DNA from: a virus | Taxonomy: Duplodnaviria > Caudoviricetes | Virus record (IMG/VR): IMGVR_UViG_3300042901_000476 | Location: 1 to 40,657 of that record | DNA: 40,657 bases | Direction: 5' to 3' (one strand) | Shown here: positions 10,801-18,158 of the stretch, in pieces | Layout: the number at the start of each line of letters is the position of its first letter | How positions within the stretch are numbered: the first letter of the stretch is position 1 | The notes under the pieces: model-generated | Seen by the model: the letters and a program-made list of their open reading frames with translations, nothing else | The model's database searches: none | What the model was told of the DNA's origin: nothing | Made by a program: the position numbers and the translations under genes

Positions 10801-13800
10801 TGATGGTGATGGTAGTGGATTATTTAACATTCCACCTGATGCATTGGATGATTTGCAAATTGATAGAATTCAGTCTGGTTCATTTGAAGCGGTAATTTCT
10901 CCAAATAGAGGATTGCAAATTGGAACTAGAACATTTGTATCTGGTAACTTAAGTGTTACTGGTGGATTGTTTGTAACCGGAGGAAATGTAATAATATCAT
11001 CTGGTTCATCGTTTATTGGAGATGGTAGTGGATTAACAAATATTAATATTGCTAATTTAGCATTTGAAACATCACTATTACAATCTGGTTCTGCCATAGC
11101 TAGAATATCTCCAAATTTTGGATTTGTAGTAAATACATCATCTTTAATTGATGGTAATTTAGTAGTATCAAATCAAATAACAGCAAGTAATTTAATATTT
11201 GCACCATTATTTACTGGTTCATTCTTAGGAACATATAATTTCCAAGGAGTAGGACCAACTGCATCAGCGGAATATGATATCTTAAGATTTGATGAAAATA
11301 GAGGATATTTTGTACCTCAGCCTGAAACAACATTAACTGAAACTGTATCATTCAATAGTGTAAGTGATTTAACTATCGTACACAATTTAGGTATAAGATA
11401 TCCAATGGTTCAGGTGTACGCAACTGGTTCTGAAGACCAAATATTGCCTGGTCAAATAATATCAATCAATGATGATACCATACAAATTAAATTTGCTGGA
11501 TTAACTTCTGGACACGTTGTAATTGGAAGTGGTGGTTCATTAATTAATGGTACAATACCGGGTGATAGAGTATTTGGGAATGTACTATCCGCATCATACG
11601 CAATTAGAGCTGGTGTAGCTGAAAGTGTTGTTGGGTTTGATTCTGCATCATTATCAGCATTAGGTGATTTACAAAACTTTGTAAGAAATTCACAAACATC
11701 ATCGATGAGAGTGTTTAGTGCAGTAAGTTCTTCTTACGCATTAACAGCATCATACGCATTAAATGCAGGAGATGGTGGGGGAACTGATTTATTTGTTTAT
11801 TATACAAGTTCATTAGTAAAATCACAAACTGCAAAAATTAATTTTACTGGTAGTGGTGTAAGTGTTACAACATCTGGTTCAGATGGAGTATTGGTAACTA
11901 TATTAGGTGGTGGTGGTGCTGGGATTGGTGATTTACTTAGTTCACAAACTTCTTCAATGTTGGTGGGTACTGCTTCATTAGCATTTACCGCATCATACGC
12001 TCTTTACGCTCTAAATGCGGAAGGAGTAAATACGGCATCATTCTTACAAGTAAATAAAGATAGTAATATTAACGCAAACTTAACTATTAGTGGTAGTTTA
12101 GGTGTTAGTGGTAGTTTATTATTACAAAGTTTACAAACTGGTTCATCTGAAGATGTTGTAATTTGGAATAGTATAACAAAAAAATTAGAAAGAAGAAATA
12201 TAGCAGCTGCTGTGGGTTCTTCTGGAACTGGTGGTACTTCTGGTTTTGATGGTTCTGCTGGTTCATCGGGAACTTCTGGAACATCGGGAACTTCTGGTAC
12301 AAGTGGAGTAGATGGTACATCTGGTTCATCTGGAAGTAGCGGTTCATCTGGCACAAGTGGAGTAGATGGAACATCTGGTTCAAGTGGAACATCTGGTACA
12401 AGTGGTAGCAGTGGAACATCTGGTTCAAGCGGAACATCTGGTTCAAGCGGAAGTAGTGGAACATCTGGTTCAAGCGGAACATCTGGTTCAAGCGGAAGTA
12501 GTGGAACTAGTGGTTCTACTGGTTCGTCTGGAAGTAGTGGAACATCTGGTTCATCTGGAAGTAGCGGAACTTCAGGAAGTAGCGGAACATCCGGAACAAC
12601 TGGTTCTGAAGGTACATCTGGAACGTCTGGAACATCTGGGTCATCTGGTTCATCTGGAAGTAGTGGTAGTGGTGGAACATCTGGAACAAGCGGTACATCT
12701 GGAACATCTGGTACATCTGGAACATCTGGTACATCAGGCTCTTCTGGTAGTGGTGGAACATCAGGAACATCTGGAACAAGTGGTTCATCTGGTACTTCTG
12801 GAACAGCTGGTAGTGGTGGTTCTTCTGGAAGTAGTGGTAGTGGTGGTTCTTCTGGAAGTAGTGGAAGTAGTGGTAGTGGTGGTTCATCTGGAACTTCTGG
12901 AACATCTGGTAGTGGAGGTTCATCTGGTACTTCTGGAACAGCTGGTAGTGGTGGTTCTTCTGGAAGTAGTGGTAGTGGTGGTTCATCCGGAACTTCTGGA
13001 ACATCGGGAACATCAGGTTCATCGGCAACTGCTGGTACTGGTGGTACATCTGGTAGTAGTGGAAGTGGTGGTTCATCTGGAACAAGTGGAGTAAGTGGAA
13101 CATCCGGAACTTCTGGAACTTCTGGAACAAGCGGTACATCAGGTAGTAATGGTATAAGTGGAACATCGGGAACATCTGGTACAAGTGGTAGTGGTGGTAC
13201 ATCCGGAACTTCTGGAACATCGGGAACAACTGGTTCAGCTGGAACGTCTGGTACAAGCGGAACTTCTGGAACGAGTGGAAGTAGTGGTAGTTCTGGTACA
13301 AGCGGAGAAGATGGTTCGTCTGGAACATCTGGTTCGTCTGGAACTAGTGGTACATCGGGAAGTAGTGGTACAAGTGGTAGTAGTGGTACATCGGGAAGTA
13401 GTGGTTCATCTGGAAGTAGTGGAAGTAGTGGAACATCGGGTACAACTGGTTCTTCTGGAACATCCGGTACAAGCGGAACTTCTGGTACATCGGGTTCAAA
13501 TGGAAGTAGTGGAACTTCTGGTAGTAGTGGTTCTTCTGGTACATCGGGAACAACTGGTTCATCTGGTACTTCTGGTATAGATGGAACTTCTGGAACATCT
13601 GGTTCATCGGGTACTTCTGGTGTAGATGGTACAAGCGGAACGTCTGGTACAAGTGGTACATCGGGAAGTAGTGGAACATCAGGTAGTAGTGGAACTTCAG
13701 GAATAGATGGTACTTCTGGAACTTCGGGAATAGATGGTTCATCTGGAAGTAGTGGAACTTCGGGAAGTAGTGGAACATCGGGTACAACTGGTTCATCTGG

Positions 13801-16111
13801 AACGAGCGGTACTTCTGGTATTGATGGAACTAGTGGCACCAGTGGTACATCTGGTTCAAGCGGTACATCTGGTTCAACTGGAACGGATGGTACATCGGGA
13901 ACATCAGGAACAACTGGTTCATCTGGTACGTCTGGTATAGATGGAACTTCTGGAACATCTGGAACTGATGGTACTTCAGGAACTTCTGGTAGTAGTGGTA
14001 CAAGTGGTACAAGTGGAACTTCTGGGACGTCTGGATTAGATGGAACTTTCTTTGGTTCTTCTGGCTCATCTGGAACTTCTGGGACAAGTGCAACATCTGG
14101 TACTTCTGGTACAAGCGGAACTTCTGGTACTTCTGGTATAGATGGAACTTTCTTTGGAAGTAGTGGAACATCTGGAACAACGGGTTCTGATGGAACATCT
14201 GGAACTTCTGGAACTTCTGGTACATCGGGCTCTTCTGGTAGTGGAGGTTCTTCTGGAAGTAGTGGTACGTCTGGTTTAGATGGTACATTCTTTGGAAGTA
14301 GTGGTTCAAATGGAACTTCTGGAACTAATGGAACTAATGGTACATCGGGAACTGATGGCTCAACTGGTACTGCTGGTACATCGGGAACTTCTGGTGAAAG
14401 TGGTACTTCTGGATTAGATGGAACTTTCTTTGGTAGTAGTGGAACTAATGGTACAGCTGGTACAAGTGGAAGTAGTGGAACAAGTGGAAGTAGTGGTACA
14501 TCTGGAACGAGCGGTTCATCTGGAACTTCTGGATTTGATGGAACTTTCTTTGGTAGTAGTGGTTCAAGTGGTAGTAGTGGTACTTCTGGTTCTGGAACAT
14601 CTGGAACTTCTGGTTCAAGTGGCTCATCTGGTACTTCTGGTTTAGATGGTACATTCTTTGGAAGTAGTGGTTCAAGCGGAAGTAGTGGTACAAGTGGAGC
14701 TGGTACTGATGGTAGTGCTGGTACAAGTGGAACATCTGGTTCAAGTGGAACTTCTGGATTCGATGGTACATTTTTTGGAAGTAGTGGTACTAGTGGAGAG
14801 AGTGGTACGGCTGGAACTTCTGGTACAAGCGGAGAAAGTGGTTCGAATGGTTCTTCTGGAACAGCAGGAACTTCTGGATTTGATGGAACTTTCTTTGGTA
14901 GTAGTGGAACATCTGGTTCATCTGGAAGTTCTGGTTCTACTGGAACGGCTGGTACATCTGGTTCATCTGGAACGAGTGGTACATCTGGAACTTCTGGATT
15001 TGATGGAACTTTCTTTGGAAGTAGTGGAACATCTGGTTCTACTGGAACGGCTGGTAGTAGTGGTTCTACTGGAACGGCTGGTACATCTGGTTCGTCTGGT
15101 ACATCCGCAACTTCTGGAACTTCTGGATTTGATGGAACTTTCTTTGGTTCTTCTGGAATTTCTGGTACGTCTGGAACTTCTGGAACTTCTGGTTCAACTG
15201 GAACTGCAGGAACGGCGGGTTCATCCGGAACTTCAGGTAGTGGAGGTTCATCTGGTACTTCTGGTTTAAATGGCACATTCTTTGGTAGTAGTGGTACTTC
15301 AGGAACATCAGGTGGAATTGGTTCAACTGGACAAGCCGGTACATCGGGAACTTCTGGAACAACTCCTCCAAACTTTACTTCTGGAACATCTGGAAGTGGT
15401 GGTACATCTGGTCAAACTGGTACATCTGGAACTTCTGGTACAACTCCACCAAACTTTACTTCTGGAACATCTGGAAGTGGTGGAACATCCGGTGAAACTG
15501 GTACGTCTGGTACATCAGGTACAACTCCACCAAACTTTACATCTGGTACGGCTGGAAGTGGTGGTACATCTGGGCAAACAGGTACGTCTGGTACATCAGG
15601 TACAACTCCTCCAAACTTTACGTCTGGAACTTCTGGTACAAATGGATTTAGTTTAAATGGTACAACTAATAATGGGTTACTTACATATCAGGATGTTCCT
15701 GTTCAAGCTAATGTAGAAAGTAATTTGACATTTGATGGTACTAGTTTATCTATAACTGGAAATATAGTATCTTCTACTCATATAACTTCTACAACATTTA
15801 GAGAAACATATTTGGATTTGGGACCTGGTACAAATACAACAATAGACCTTTCCCTTGCAAATAACTTTAGAAGACAATTTACTGGTACATCGGCAATATT
15901 GTTTACAAATCCTCCATCATCAAACGCATTTGGATTTACATTTACAATGGTTAATGCCGGAGGATATTCTATAACATGGCCTGCTAGTGTAGATTGGGTT
16001 AATGGAAGTGCACCAATATTAACATCAATCGGTACGGATGTATTATCATTCTTTACATTTAATAATGGTACAACATATTACGGATTTGTAGTTGGAAAAA
16101 ATATGAGTTAA
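4808..16111 (+). CDS. Giant tail fibre/appendage protein (3767 aa): beta repeats, two cupredoxin-like inserts, Gly-X-X region, C-terminal fibre domain
   Basis: About 25 repeats of IxSGSxTASVxPxxGF...FTGS...F(S/x)GxGxxLxNIP; two NPTxxLVxxVTYTFN...GHPF...LYYNCQxHxxMGG domains; (SGT)n region; C-terminal IDLSLANNF...ITWPASVDW...TDVLSF domain typical of phage fibre ends. It is followed by an adhesin-like gene and a fibre chaperone. Confidence 0.75.
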   Translation: MAISNLLTGRVRVISPKNVTQDRYQFLDLSQAEPNLGVPNFSASLSGSPAIVVSDDQGNRGFVRSLDLDRVTGQFTGSFTGSAQSLSGSFTGSFTGSFGGDGSQLFNLPEARIIASGSATASFKQGDLVINTNTRVQGDLYVDDTIYAETIIVSYISSSIIYSSGSNIFGDRYDDRQEFTGSVLVSSSIIVNDITASQSISSSFTGSFFGDGRDIFNLPQATRLSTGSITASVTPEDGFRVLSIEKGSTFTGSLFVSGNITIPSGSGFFSGSGEGLFNIPLSALNIDSLVANKIASGSVTASVSPVFGFNVNSLASGSTFTGSLFVSGNVVIPSGSGFFSGSGEGLFNIPLSALNIDSLVSTELASGSVTASVSPNFGFKVESQQSGSQLSGSVNISGSLFVSPFSGSIQLASGSSYYGDAQFLRNIPRSALTEDALISTEIKSGSVTASVSPDFGFKVETPFTGSQFGSQFTGSIDVSGSVKAFSFIGDGSQLTNVQAAVAPKIESGSVTASVSPNFGFKVESQTSGSQFTGSIQISGSVFIPSGSGFFSGSGEGLFNIPFTSFTGDAFRIASGSVTASVSPNFGFIVKSEESGSQFTGSLFVSGGRGIELTSGSSYSGSGARLFDIPRSALTPDALLSNLIASSSVTASVTSDFGFRVQSIESGSQFTGSLFVSGARGIEIASGSSYSGSGARLFEIPISAIEDLDLSRIGSGSVTASITPNNGFRVNSFSTFTGSMLISASATYLPTSSIQTVFNVTNNGSISYTFDGAAINANPTLFLVRNVTYTFNLNASGHPFYIKTIPSTGTTNVYNTGVTNNGDDNGVILFTPTSETPNTLYYNCQFHSLMGGIINIVDGILQRGPDVVITGSLNVSEIVRAREFTGSFSGSFFQGDGSGLFNIPRSALTEDSFRIASGSITASVTPQFGFRVESATVGSEFTGSIDVSGSVIASAVAAVSMSAFDISGSFVGDGSRLTNIIIPPLETTQIASGSVTASAEPDKGFIVKSAQFGSQFTGSIFVSGSRGIELVSGSSYSGSGARLFDIPRTALAPDALDTNRILSGSVTASVTPQFGFRVESTERGSQFSGSLFLSGSVFLRTGSFSGSGRQLFDIPIAALSDLDTSKIFSGSVTASVSPNFGFVVTSVASGSIFSGSLVVSGSSNFRMGVSASVFSGSGAGLTDIPFSALSQELFRIASGSVTASALADRGFVVESVASGSRITGSVAITGSLRVTATSGSLILDSSSAYFGEGTYLRNIPRNALSEDALISTEIKSGSVTASVSPNFGFIVKSAESGSEFTGSVDVSGSVTVKSGSFFVGDGRFLNNITLANLAIDSTKIFSGSATASISPTEGFEVNTHSRFDGSFIVSSSGRPTPSYLIDNVFLVTNDGSSAYNISNALVSGSNPTITLVKGVTYTFNVNASGHPFWIKTINSTGTGNAYNSGITNNGDDSGLIIFTPPLDAPDTLYYNCQLHGSMGGVINLLNELTIPAEIKFIGNTKIEGNLTASMFSGSGRGLFDIPRSAITEDSVRIASGSATASIAPDTGFIVITPFTSSFGEDGSFTASIASKFTGSISVSGSLFVNDISGGLFINSSSFLYADGTFLRRIPRSALTEDALISTEIKSGSVTASVSPNFGFVVTSPFTSSLGENGVFTASIASKFTGSISVSGSLFVNDTSGGLFIESSSFIYAEGTFLRNIPRSALTEDALLSSFIVSGSITASVTPDEGFKVITDRTGSQLGSQFTGSIEVSGSIRATDFLFGDGRFITNVQAAAAPLIASGSATASVQSGNKLIITTGATGSGIGSEFTGSISVSGSLYASDFIFGDGRFITNVQAAAAPLIASGSATASVQSGNTFIVTTSATGSAIGSRFTGSIDVSGSVKAFTFIGDGSQLTNVQAAASPLIASGSATASVANGQQFIVTTAPLSGSYQSQFTSSVAISGSITASIYFGDGGGLFNIPPDAIENLELNKINSGSGIAIIDPTKLNVNVPITAARYDGDGSGLFNIPPDALDDLQIDRIQSGSFEAVISPNRGLQIGTRTFVSGNLSVTGGLFVTGGNVIISSGSSFIGDGSGLTNINIANLAFETSLLQSGSAIARISPNFGFVVNTSSLIDGNLVVSNQITASNLIFAPLFTGSFLGTYNFQGVGPTASAEYDILRFDENRGYFVPQPETTLTETVSFNSVSDLTIVHNLGIRYPMVQVYATGSEDQILPGQIISINDDTIQIKFAGLTSGHVVIGSGGSLINGTIPGDRVFGNVLSASYAIRAGVAESVVGFDSASLSALGDLQNFVRNSQTSSMRVFSAVSSSYALTASYALNAGDGGGTDLFVYYTSSLVKSQTAKINFTGSGVSVTTSGSDGVLVTILGGGGAGIGDLLSSQTSSMLVGTASLAFTASYALYALNAEGVNTASFLQVNKDSNINANLTISGSLGVSGSLLLQSLQTGSSEDVVIWNSITKKLERRNIAAAVGSSGTGGTSGFDGSAGSSGTSGTSGTSGTSGVDGTSGSSGSSGSSGTSGVDGTSGSSGTSGTSGSSGTSGSSGTSGSSGSSGTSGSSGTSGSSGSSGTSGSTGSSGSSGTSGSSGSSGTSGSSGTSGTTGSEGTSGTSGTSGSSGSSGSSGSGGTSGTSGTSGTSGTSGTSGTSGSSGSGGTSGTSGTSGSSGTSGTAGSGGSSGSSGSGGSSGSSGSSGSGGSSGTSGTSGSGGSSGTSGTAGSGGSSGSSGSGGSSGTSGTSGTSGSSATAGTGGTSGSSGSGGSSGTSGVSGTSGTSGTSGTSGTSGSNGISGTSGTSGTSGSGGTSGTSGTSGTTGSAGTSGTSGTSGTSGSSGSSGTSGEDGSSGTSGSSGTSGTSGSSGTSGSSGTSGSSGSSGSSGSSGTSGTTGSSGTSGTSGTSGTSGSNGSSGTSGSSGSSGTSGTTGSSGTSGIDGTSGTSGSSGTSGVDGTSGTSGTSGTSGSSGTSGSSGTSGIDGTSGTSGIDGSSGSSGTSGSSGTSGTTGSSGTSGTSGIDGTSGTSGTSGSSGTSGSTGTDGTSGTSGTTGSSGTSGIDGTSGTSGTDGTSGTSGSSGTSGTSGTSGTSGLDGTFFGSSGSSGTSGTSATSGTSGTSGTSGTSGIDGTFFGSSGTSGTTGSDGTSGTSGTSGTSGSSGSGGSSGSSGTSGLDGTFFGSSGSNGTSGTNGTNGTSGTDGSTGTAGTSGTSGESGTSGLDGTFFGSSGTNGTAGTSGSSGTSGSSGTSGTSGSSGTSGFDGTFFGSSGSSGSSGTSGSGTSGTSGSSGSSGTSGLDGTFFGSSGSSGSSGTSGAGTDGSAGTSGTSGSSGTSGFDGTFFGSSGTSGESGTAGTSGTSGESGSNGSSGTAGTSGFDGTFFGSSGTSGSSGSSGSTGTAGTSGSSGTSGTSGTSGFDGTFFGSSGTSGSTGTAGSSGSTGTAGTSGSSGTSATSGTSGFDGTFFGSSGISGTSGTSGTSGSTGTAGTAGSSGTSGSGGSSGTSGLNGTFFGSSGTSGTSGGIGSTGQAGTSGTSGTTPPNFTSGTSGSGGTSGQTGTSGTSGTTPPNFTSGTSGSGGTSGETGTSGTSGTTPPNFTSGTAGSGGTSGQTGTSGTSGTTPPNFTSGTSGTNGFSLNGTTNNGLLTYQDVPVQANVESNLTFDGTSLSITGNIVSSTHITSTTFRETYLDLGPGTNTTIDLSLANNFRRQFTGTSAILFTNPPSSNAFGFTFTMVNAGGYSITWPASVDWVNGSAPILTSIGTDVLSFFTFNNGTTYYGFVVGKNMS
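5140..11140 (+). repeat. About 25 copies of a ~60-90 aa beta-rich fibre repeat
   Basis: Recurrent IASGSVTASVSPNFGF core. Some neighbouring copies are near-identical at DNA level (around 5570-5660 vs 5780-5880, and 9490-9700 vs 9770-9930). Confidence 0.9.
12215..15646 (+). repeat. Gly-X-X (Ser/Thr-rich, collagen-like periodicity) region, about 1144 codons
   Basis: Gly at nearly every third residue (SGT, SGS, DGT). The distal part is punctuated by 11 G(L/I/F)(D/N)GTFFG motifs and four TTPPNFTSG units. Confidence 0.95.
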
Positions 16112-16122
16112 TAATTATAGTT

Positions 16123-17025
16123 ATGAGTATAGCAAGAAAATTAATACCATCGGATTCAGCACTAGTGTTTCCGTTTGTTTTTAGAATTACAACAACTACA
16201 ACAAATACAGTATTTACTGTACCATTAGTTGATTTTGGTTTATTAAGACCTAGTCTTACAATAAGTTGGGGAGATGGTACATCATCCCCATTAATAACTT
16301 CATCTTCATCATCTGATAGAATACACACATACGCATCAGCTGGTACTTACACAATAACTATTAGTGGATTTATGCCAGGATTTTCGGTGAATAATAATAT
16401 TAATATTAGAAACCTTATTACCGAATTAGTACAATGGGGAATTGTTGGATTAAGAACTATAAATTTTTATGGTTGTCAAAATCTAACATCCATTCCTGGT
16501 AGTGCTACTATTGATGATGTTGGTGGGTACACAGGATTAAACGAAGTTGTTAATTTTACATCGTTTTTTCAAGCAACTAGATTGGCAAATATACCCGCTG
16601 ATATATTTGATTATTCACCAAACGCAACAACATTTTCCAACGCATTTGCATCAATATTAACATTAACTGGAGTACCAACTGGATTATTTGACAATGTGCC
16701 AAACGCAACAACATTTGCATCTTGTTTCTTTGCATGTCCGGCATTAACATCAGTACCATCTACATTATTTGACCAAAATATAAACGCATCAAATTTTTCT
16801 GGTACTTTTAGAAATTGTAGAGCTCTTACAAACGTATTACAATTTACGAATAATATAAATGCATTAGTTTTTACTAACTGCTACAATATGAGTTCTACAT
16901 CAAACGCCCTAACAGGAACAGCACCTGAATTATGGAATAGAACACCAACTCCATCTGGAACTGATTGTTTTAATAATTGTGTTAATTTAACAAATTTCGC
17001 AACAATACCTGCAAACTTTAAGTAA
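16123..17025 (+). CDS. Putative receptor-binding adhesin: PKD-like N-terminus plus BspA-type leucine-rich repeats
   Basis: TISWGDGTS...HTYASAGTYTITISG is PKD-like. It carries ~25-aa repeats LTxVPxxLFDxxPNATTFxxxFxxC and lies directly downstream of the fibre gene. Confidence 0.65.
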   Translation: MSIARKLIPSDSALVFPFVFRITTTTTNTVFTVPLVDFGLLRPSLTISWGDGTSSPLITSSSSSDRIHTYASAGTYTITISGFMPGFSVNNNINIRNLITELVQWGIVGLRTINFYGCQNLTSIPGSATIDDVGGYTGLNEVVNFTSFFQATRLANIPADIFDYSPNATTFSNAFASILTLTGVPTGLFDNVPNATTFASCFFACPALTSVPSTLFDQNINASNFSGTFRNCRALTNVLQFTNNINALVFTNCYNMSSTSNALTGTAPELWNRTPTPSGTDCFNNCVNLTNFATIPANFK

Positions 17026-17026
17026 T

Positions 17027-17470
17027 ATGTATTTAAGAATTATAAATGAAACCATAAACTATCCTTATACTATTAAGGAATTGAGAGAAGCATATCCTAA
17101 TGTAAGTTTACCAGCCGAATTATCGGAAGAAGCTTTAAGTGAATGGGGTGTATATTTCGTAACATCAACCCCAATGCCAAATGATTACACAAAAAATATT
17201 ATCGAAGGAACTCCTGTTTTAACGGATGGTGTGTATTATCAAAATTGGGTAAGTACAAATGCAACAGAATCTGAAATAAATTATAGATTGGAAAATCAAT
17301 GGGAAGAAATTAGGTTTATTAGAAATCAATTACTTACAGAATGCGATTGGACACAATTAAGTGATGTTTCACAAACAATAAAAGATTTGTGGACAGCATA
17401 TAGACAACAATTAAGAGATATAACCAATCAACAAAATCCTTTTAATATAGAATGGCCTATAAAACCCTAA
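17027..17470 (+). CDS. Tail fibre assembly chaperone
   Basis: C-terminal WEEIRFIRNQLLTECDWTQLSD...WTAYRQQLRDIT...IEWPIKP is the characteristic phage fibre/tail assembly chaperone motif. Confidence 0.8.
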   Translation: MYLRIINETINYPYTIKELREAYPNVSLPAELSEEALSEWGVYFVTSTPMPNDYTKNIIEGTPVLTDGVYYQNWVSTNATESEINYRLENQWEEIRFIRNQLLTECDWTQLSDVSQTIKDLWTAYRQQLRDITNQQNPFNIEWPIKP

Positions 17471-17485
17471 AAGATATGGAAGTTT

Positions 17486-17494
17486 ATATTTATA
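17486..17494 (+). promoter_or_regulatory. ATATTTATA putative late promoter
   Basis: Motif lies 25 nt upstream of ATG 17520. Confidence 0.55.
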
Positions 17495-17519
17495 CCTATA
17501 ACAAAATAGTTAAGGTAAA

Positions 17520-17801
17520 ATGATAATACACAATCCTATATTTTCGGGTTCTATAATTCAAGATAGAAATAATGCTTTTGCGGATTTAAGTGGTTCGTTT
17601 ACTGGTTCTTTAACTGGTTCATTTAAAGGTACAATTGATGTTCAACAAGCATCATTTGCAAATTTAAGTATAACTAATAAATTATCGGTAAGTGGTTCTT
17701 TAATAATGACCGGCTCGATGAATTTAACAGCAGGTGGGTATTTGGTTGATAACGTAAACGTATTGGATTCAGCAATAGCCTTTGCAATAGCATTGGGATA
17801 A
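17520..17801 (+). CDS. Short fibre-like virion protein ending in AIAFAIALG
   Basis: LSGSFTGSLTGSFKG mirrors the N-terminus of the 3767-aa fibre. Hydrophobic C-terminal helix. Confidence 0.6.
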   Translation: MIIHNPIFSGSIIQDRNNAFADLSGSFTGSLTGSFKGTIDVQQASFANLSITNKLSVSGSLIMTGSMNLTAGGYLVDNVNVLDSAIAFAIALG

Positions 17802-17813
17802 AAATAAAATAAA

Positions 17814-18146
17814 ATGGCAAATACATTTAAAAATAGTATAAATAGTTCAATCGGAACAACGGGTGTTAAAGTTTACGAAGCACCAATAGGGTCTTCTGCA
17901 ACGGTAATTGGTGTGAATGTAGCTAATGCAAATTCTAATAACATTTCAGTTAGTGTGATGATGAAAGATATATCAGCAAACAAAGTTGTGTATGTTGTAA
18001 AGGATGCGTTAATAGTGCCTGGTAGTTCTAACGTATTAGTTGGTGGTGAACAAAAGTTAGTTTTGGAAAGTGGAGATTTTCTTTCAGTAACATCATCATT
18101 GGCTAATTCGGCAGATGCAATTGTTTCAGTATTGGAGATAACATAA
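17814..18146 (+). CDS. Small beta-rich virion adaptor protein
   Basis: MANTFKN...YEAP...KLVLESGDFLSV...SVLEIT, a small protein type recalled from aquatic phage fibre modules. Paralogous to 3822..4739. Confidence 0.6.
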   Translation: MANTFKNSINSSIGTTGVKVYEAPIGSSATVIGVNVANANSNNISVSVMMKDISANKVVYVVKDALIVPGSSNVLVGGEQKLVLESGDFLSVTSSLANSADAIVSVLEIT

Positions 18147-18158
18147 AAGTTTTAATGA

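Noticed and set aside
12004-15276. 1090-aa minus-strand ORF (PEVPDVP...), the similar 752-aa ORF at 18464..20722, and alternative-frame ORFs (EHLVQ.., MFQKF..)
   Set aside because: These are shadows of the (SGT)n coding repeat. Its codons lack stops in the antisense and shifted frames, and the ORFs are nested in much longer + strand genes.
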